NCBI GenBank assembly: GCA_016222915.1
Contig: JACRQA010000142.1
Span: forward strand, 1 to 57,045
DNA length: 57,045 nucleotides
Direction of reading: 5' to 3'
From: Nitrospirota bacterium
GTDB lineage: Bacteria > Nitrospirota > Thermodesulfovibrionia > UBA6902
Under the pieces are notes generated by a model that saw only the letters and a program-made list of their open reading frames with translations, searched no databases and had not been told where the DNA came from. The stretch's first letter is position 1. Every line of letters begins with the position of its first letter. Both the position numbers and the translations under genes were made by a program. Of the stretch, positions 55,201 to 57,045 are shown in pieces.

Positions 55201-57045
55201 CGTGGCAACGACAGATGATGTGCTCTTTGAAGGTGCGGAAACATTCACTGTAAACCTCAGTGCTACCAACGCCTTGGTTAACGCCGGTGACACTGCCACA
55301 GCATCGATTGTCGATAATGAAAGTGCAACAGTAAGCATTGCGGCCACAATTAACGGCGCAGAACCTGCCACGAACGGGAGGTTCACCGTGACCTTGTCGA
55401 GCTACTGTCCGCAGTCGATTAACGTGAACTATTCGGTTTCAGGCACGGCAGCGGCAGGCACGGACTACACTGCATTGAGTGGAACTGTAACGATCCCTGC
55501 TTATACCCTGTCGAGAACGATTAACGTTGCGGTTATCAATGATTCGATTTTAGAAGGCGCGGAAACAGTGGTTGCGGAGTTAACGGGGACGAATAATGGA
55601 GCGATTACTGTGGGCTCGCCAAAGATTGCTACAGTAAATATCAACGACAACGAAAGCGCATCAGTGACAGTGTCAGATGTAAGTATTGCAGAAGGCGGCA
55701 ACCTGGTATTTACAGTGAGCCTGAACAACGCGGTAGCCGGTCCCTTTGATGTGAATGTTGGATTTAGTAACGTGACTGCAACCGGTGGGATAGACTATGA
55801 CAATACTGCCCAGGTGCTGCATTTTGACGGCACAATAGGAGAGACCAGGCAGTTTACAGTAACAACAACAGATGATCCAATACTTGAGCAGAGCGAGACC
55901 TTTACAGTGACACTGACTGCGACAAATGAACTGGTGACTGACAGCGACACGGCCATAGGTACGATTACTGACAATGACACGACCACGGCAAGCATATCAG
56001 CAACGACAAATGGAGCAGAGCCTGCGACGAATGGTGTGTTTACGGTAAGTCTGAGCACAGAGAGCGCAACTGATACGGTGGTCAGTTATACAGTGGGCGG
56101 CACAGCAGCAAACGGTACGGATTACACAGTGGTTGTGACCTTAACAGGGACGAATAATGGAGCGATCAGTATTGCGGTGTCTCCGAATAACACGGCGACT
56201 ATAGATATTGCTGATGATGATACTTCATCCGAAGTCAGTATATCAGCTACGAACAATGGAGCAGAGCCTGCGACGAATGGAGTATTTACGGTAAGCTTAA
56301 CGAAGGCGAGCGTGACTGATACGGTAGTCAACTATGAAGTAAGCGGCACAGGAGCGGCCGGAAGTGACTATGCGGTATTGAGCGGCACGGTAACGATACC
56401 AGCAAACGCATCTTCAGTGACCATAACAGTGTCTGTTATAGATGATCTGGTGCTGGAAGGTAATGAGACGGTGGTTGTAAACATAACGGGCACAAACAAT
56501 GTGGCGATCAGTGTAGGAGCGGCCAACAACGCGACAGTGAACATCTTGGATAATGAGACAGCATCTGAGGTGAGCATAGCAGTAACGACTGATGGAGCAG
56601 AGCCTGCGACGAATGGTGTGTTCACGGTAAGTCTGAGTACGGTAAGCGCAACGGACACAGTGGTTGACTATACAGTTGGCGGCACAGCGGCGGACGGCAG
56701 TGACTATGCAGTATTGAGCGGCACGGTAACGATACCAGCAAACGCATCTTCAGCGACGATAACAGTGCCTGTTATAGATGATCTGGTACTGGAAGGTAAC
56801 GAGACGGTGGTTGTAAACATAACTGGCACAAACAATGTGGCGATCAATGTAGGAGCGTCCGACACTGCGACGGTAAACATCATAGACAATGAGACAGGGG
56901 CTGAGGCAAGCATATCAGCAACGACAAATGGAGCAGAGCCTGCGACGAATGGTGTGTTTACGGTAAGTCTGAGCACAGAGAGCGCAACTGATACGGTGGT
57001 CAGTTATACAGTGGGCGGCACAGCAGCAAACGGTACGGATTACAC
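46262..57045 (+). CDS. Giant (>3594 aa, 3'-incomplete) secreted/surface multidomain protein with an N-terminal PhoA-type alkaline phosphatase domain
   Basis: Frame 2 was read by eye from ATG 46262 (AGGAGG ~10 nt upstream) to 57045 without a stop. The ORF track omits it because it has no in-window stop. AP motifs: ILMVGDGWG, GDSAACATA, SHATPGG, EGGAIDWAAHAN, TGDHDCG, GDHT. These are followed by CBM-like, Ig-like/SbsA-like, 'YYDTDN' and Calx-beta modules. Confidence 0.85.
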   Translation, partial: MINAKWSNMNKNKMQMILRSSINILLILVFILLMPGRADVFAGNAKYIILMVGDGWGQKAIEATNKYTGTTPPFQQTTQDNNPSTWTQHWVSTFPIGGSYSSAQAWSNFSYVMNNHGDSAACATALYTGSKTANGRVTVSSDASQRFESIAEIAQSYNKLVGAVSTVPVSHATPGGWVAHNDDRGNTFAIADEGLFGDPNTTGTPATDWKYGGGHGPSITADVLIGSDGAGYVSSQILTKLRNESGALGNPARDITKHFLVERQGGQNASAALMQAATDPYVTKLAGLFTHVYHNANDSGYSTENPRLSESTRAALKVLGKDPNGFVLMVEGGAIDWAAHANNMNQLVGEVKDFDDAIKEVTDWVEKTGYWTGSTNDSNWNNTLILVTGDHDCGYLTKGPGIFPNQPLGNVNDTTLAKEKIVSGTGGLRASWEDMDGDSLVDAGETVYWYWNSGDHTTSLIPLYARGTGSELIAQYETSTDSVRGPYIDDTQVFTVMNDALAAQSCNETGYISVLPGQSLYGNPLDITSSAATSDATNVTYTVKVTTGCDVDPNGSFINAENFSGTINQGSGYWSISTSNPGYFGTGHLRSDYGSGGSCPAVDQGKEYRVYFPTAGTYYIWLRNWSKSLSGDSAFVGIDGNCAGSISESDSSGQTWNQWKWTKKMWTGSTPIPNTISVPTPGFHTVNVWVRENDYRLDGIYLTQGTETPTDASHGIDVNPASCNTTTIFTGSEAQATSINTTGWTNGLKDIEIAGDDTQCLNPLATASGTFTFNSTVPNADSLIISANTAIASIDPMEGDAGIVMQRFKVDSNNVQNGQVGLTSLTLSDEGTTASILDAKIYISTTSSGSLPADAVLIGNTGLWDGKAMAITLSGGTAADRTVTNGTSKYIYIVYDTAPGQADTTILSRVSSVFVAAPDLNVGNVGTSNLLNIYACVKTGSISMVPGQILNGNPANLTSLVNTNNATNLIYTVTEDKYCDVSPTGTFIQAENFNSTIVQGSGTFSLESYGSGYLGAGFIESHKTGTAKSTCPAIDEGKEYRVNFTTTGTYYVWLRVYNWSESNDSAFFGLDGACIGALSPSDAVNINRWLWSKRAWTGSTEFPATINVTSPGVHTINLWVRETLYMIDGIYLTKGTETPNDNSHGIEIGAICPTTLFSGTEAQAQSVNTTTWTNGEKKIQVSGDDATCLTHITPEDGTFTYDRNHRPTSTITDPLDGATLTSGSPDPYVIRGTANDDESVNHVEVSTDGGATWNVADCPGCAGASVDWTYSWALPANGNYTILSKAIDNRDVSEISGPSLNVTIYRGGPSISSTIPTNGATAVVADSTVTVNWDRNIDCSTVTNTSVSISPAPASWTKTSCSGTQAVFTPVGQAELTTYTLTVSTSVQDTVGNPMAAQYQFAYTTGESSAPSSAISDPLNGSKINSSAPNPYVITGMASDNNLVQQIEVSTNGGSTWNLAACNGCPGSNVSWTYNWALPADGTYLIKVRATDTSNNVEIPGAGNTVTVDRTSPSVSNTTPVNGSTAVVLNQNISITWNTNVDCSTVNTSNITSDSPGWTLFGCSGNTAFFTTSGQSEYVLYTVTVTTAVKNSVQVPMSDPYQFSYRTNKKPVLAILQPDGVNDSLKAGEPYNVAYNLDDPDHNVTAAFYYDTDNAGYDGTAISGACAAVSENAGATCVWDTTGMNSAGMPPQTFYIYGITNDGQGEVKSYSVGQITIYPPNVPPALSVSEPNGTDDTAVAGDTYNINYNLTDQNVDDTVTAAFYYDSDNVGYNGTAITGPCAAATEGTGITCAWNTAGMTPGSYYIYGITGDSGGTVNAYSPGQITINAFNTLPSFNIIEPNGTADVFRPGAPLNIVYNLNDPDEVVTARFYYDTDTEPLNPPGLTGITECQSAPEGPGSICTWSNTASITPGMYYIYGKVQDRTGATVDGYSGPFMIDVTLPSSAITIPSNGVLINSSASDPYTVNGTASDNSGVQGVEVSVNGGAWTSASCTGCGTGSANWTYDWSLPSDGIYTIQSRSTDVAGNLEIQGAGNTVTIDRTAPAVNSTVPANGAVGIAIDGNVTITWSENVNCSTVSTANITSTSPGWTLSSCSNNQAVFTTSGQADSTAYQVNITTAVTDIAGNPMSSAYPFSYTTNVPPALSISDPNGTDGTQTIGNPYTIIYSLTDPDNTVTAALYYDTDNSGLGGTAIPGCASVSEGMNAECIMDTAGMTPGTYYIYGVTGDGSGGSACVTRIWDGEGTDNLASNADNWSDNTAPQTGEDVVFNGTSTKACDWNIPVELLSLSLNSGYSGTVSINSPLTINGDLIVSDGTLIQNANVTLSGQGGSCTPQGGSQISAYSAGSMTIGNAGITVTPTSGLVTTEAGGTATFTVALNTEPTADVTIALGSLDTGEGIVSPASLTFTPADWNGLKTVTVTGQDDAILDGSVNYSIIIDSAISADLNYNGINPDDVSIINTDNESPAVSIAATTNGAEDAVNPTNGVFTVSLSTVSATDTVVSYTVDGTAAADNDYTALSGQVTILANTPSATITVPVTDDLVLEGNETVVVTITGTDNPSITLGAPINATVNISDDEHPVVSIAATTNGAEPATDGAFTVSLSTISATDTVVSYTVDGTAAAGNDYTALSGQVTVLANTPSATITVPVTDDLVLEGAETVVVTVTGTDNPSINVGASSSDTVNITDNETTSAVSIAATTNGAEPSLNGQFTVSLSTVSATDTVVSYTVGGSASAGNDYTALSGQVTIPANTSSATITLPVIDELIPEGTETVIVTLTVTDNLTITIGVSGSAAGNITDNDNALVSVTATIQAEEPATNGRFTVSLDKATDTDTVVSYAVGGTAAAGTDYTALSGQVTIPANQLSALIDVSVIDDSILEGTETLVLTLTGTNNASITPGVPSSDTLNITDNDNASVMVEDVSATEGGNLVFTVTLNNAVSGAFDVNVSFTNVTANGGGVDYNSTGKVLNFAGTAGETKQFTVATTDDVLFEGAETFTVNLSATNALVNAGDTATASIVDNESATVSIAATINGAEPATNGRFTVTLSSYCPQSINVNYSVSGTAAAGTDYTALSGTVTIPAYTLSRTINVAVINDSILEGAETVVAELTGTNNGAITVGSPKIATVNINDNESASVTVSDVSIAEGGNLVFTVSLNNAVAGPFDVNVGFSNVTATGGIDYDNTAQVLHFDGTIGETRQFTVTTTDDPILEQSETFTVTLTATNELVTDSDTAIGTITDNDTTTASISATTNGAEPATNGVFTVSLSTESATDTVVSYTVGGTAANGTDYTVVVTLTGTNNGAISIAVSPNNTATIDIADDDTSSEVSISATNNGAEPATNGVFTVSLTKASVTDTVVNYEVSGTGAAGSDYAVLSGTVTIPANASSVTITVSVIDDLVLEGNETVVVNITGTNNVAISVGAANNATVNILDNETASEVSIAVTTDGAEPATNGVFTVSLSTVSATDTVVDYTVGGTAADGSDYAVLSGTVTIPANASSATITVPVIDDLVLEGNETVVVNITGTNNVAINVGASDTATVNIIDNETGAEASISATTNGAEPATNGVFTVSLSTESATDTVVSYTVGGTAANGTDY
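47777..49717 (+). repeat. Two paralogous ~217-aa five-Cys CBM-like modules inside the giant ORF (47777-48430 and 49067-49717)
   Basis: Both read C..(I/L)(S/N)..PGQ...CDV.P.G.FI.AENF......GSG........GY.G.G......C PA(V/I)D(Q/E)GKEYRV.F.T.GTYY(I/V)WLR...S.(D/N)S AF.G(I/L)DG.C.G.....W.W.......(T/S)PG.HT(V/I)N(V/L)WVRE......DGIYLT.GTETP...SHGI. Confidence 0.7.
49880..52960 (+). repeat. Three (Ig-like + SbsA_Ig-like) module pairs interleaved with four ~110-aa 'YYDTDN' modules inside the giant ORF
   Basis: Ig-like pairs start near 49880, 50483 and 52078 (I(T/S)DPLDG...V.V S.(D/N)GG.(T/W)...C.GC......W(T)Y.W.LP.(D/N)G.Y, then P.(I/V).ST.P.NG(A/S)..V). The 'YYDTDN' modules are at ~51086, 51416, 51751 and 52678. 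Confidence 0.65.
53650..57045 (+). repeat. Array of at least 11 Calx-beta-like units (period ~330-342 nt) inside the giant ORF
   Basis: Repeated ...VSIAATTNGAEPATNG.FTVSLS..SATDTVVSYTVGGTAAAG.DYTALSG.VTIPAN..SATITVPV.DD.VLEG.ETVVV.LTGT.N... Two variant units are at ~54999 and ~55659 (SVMVEDVSATEGGNLVFTV...VDYNSTG..L.F.G..GE.KQFTV.T.DD...E..ETFTV.L). Confidence 0.8.

Noticed and set aside
53272-56976. Series of minus-strand ORFs in the track (for example MLRLTVNTPFVAGSAP..., 60-96 aa each) that repeat with the array period.
   Set aside because: They are antisense shadows of the plus-strand Calx-beta coding repeats. The plus frame is continuous for >10 kb with clear domain motifs, while the minus ORFs are short, low-complexity and interrupted.
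53650-57045. Regularly spaced DNA repeats that could be mistaken for a CRISPR-like or satellite array.
   Set aside because: The period is ~330-342 nt. The repeats are in-frame coding units of one ORF, there is no short-repeat/unique-spacer organisation, and there are no cas genes.
1-57045. Search by eye for tRNA/rRNA genes, CRISPR arrays, transposases, integrases, toxin-antitoxin pairs or recognisable defence-system genes.
   Set aside because: None found. No T-loop-like GGTTCGA motifs outside CDSs, no short direct-repeat arrays, and no ORF with recombinase or nuclease signatures that I could recognise.

Overview
This 57 kb of bacterial chromosomal DNA has about 50 protein genes. I found no rRNA, tRNA, CRISPR array, transposase or integrase.

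**1-22.9 kb: housekeeping and anaerobe-type genes.**
- NifU-like protein, M48/TPR protease, and a His-rich NicO/RcnA-type metal transporter followed by a small His-ladder protein.
- REC-histidine-kinase hybrid, envelope lipoproteins, and a YkgJ-type Cys-cluster protein.
- leuCD, a PflX-type radical SAM protein, and a 1415-aa BcrAD/BadFG-type activase fusion.
- DEAD-box helicase divergent from a membrane desaturase.
- Crp/Fnr regulator (HcpR-like) divergent from hcp, then lgt, an FKBP PPIase and panB.

**22.9-33.1 kb: visibly lower-GC segment.**
- Slp lipoprotein and an NHL/PKD secreted protein.
- A 1.1-kb ORF-free, very AT-rich spacer.
- An exopolysaccharide export module: Wza-like OPX, Wzc-like tyrosine autokinase, a tail-anchored J-domain protein, and a CapD/PglF-like dehydratase.

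**33.2-45.3 kb: NDP-sugar tailoring cassette.**
- rfbF, an FAD oxidoreductase, an SDR, a class-III aminotransferase, a C-methyltransferase, an RmlC-like cupin, a COG4310 aminopeptidase-like protein and a second nucleotidyltransferase.
- Wzm/Wzt ABC exporter, a GNAT and a C-N hydrolase.
- No glycosyltransferase is present in this cassette.

**Most notable observations.**
1. From 46262 to the window edge runs one uninterrupted ORF of more than 3594 codons. The ORF track does not list it because it has no in-window stop. It has a signal/anchor, a complete PhoA-type alkaline phosphatase domain, two five-Cys CBM-like modules, Ig-like/SbsA-like modules, four unnamed 'YYDTDN' modules and at least 11 Calx-beta units. 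The window ends inside a perfect 141-nt repeat.
2. The CapD/PglF-like dehydratase carries an inserted tandem MshEN-type (T2SSE_N) motif, which predicts c-di-GMP binding.
3. The AT-rich spacer upstream of the EPS genes holds a reiterated GTAATGA(T)AA motif and a bidirectional terminator.

**Limits.** All functional calls come from motif recognition by eye. No database search was possible.
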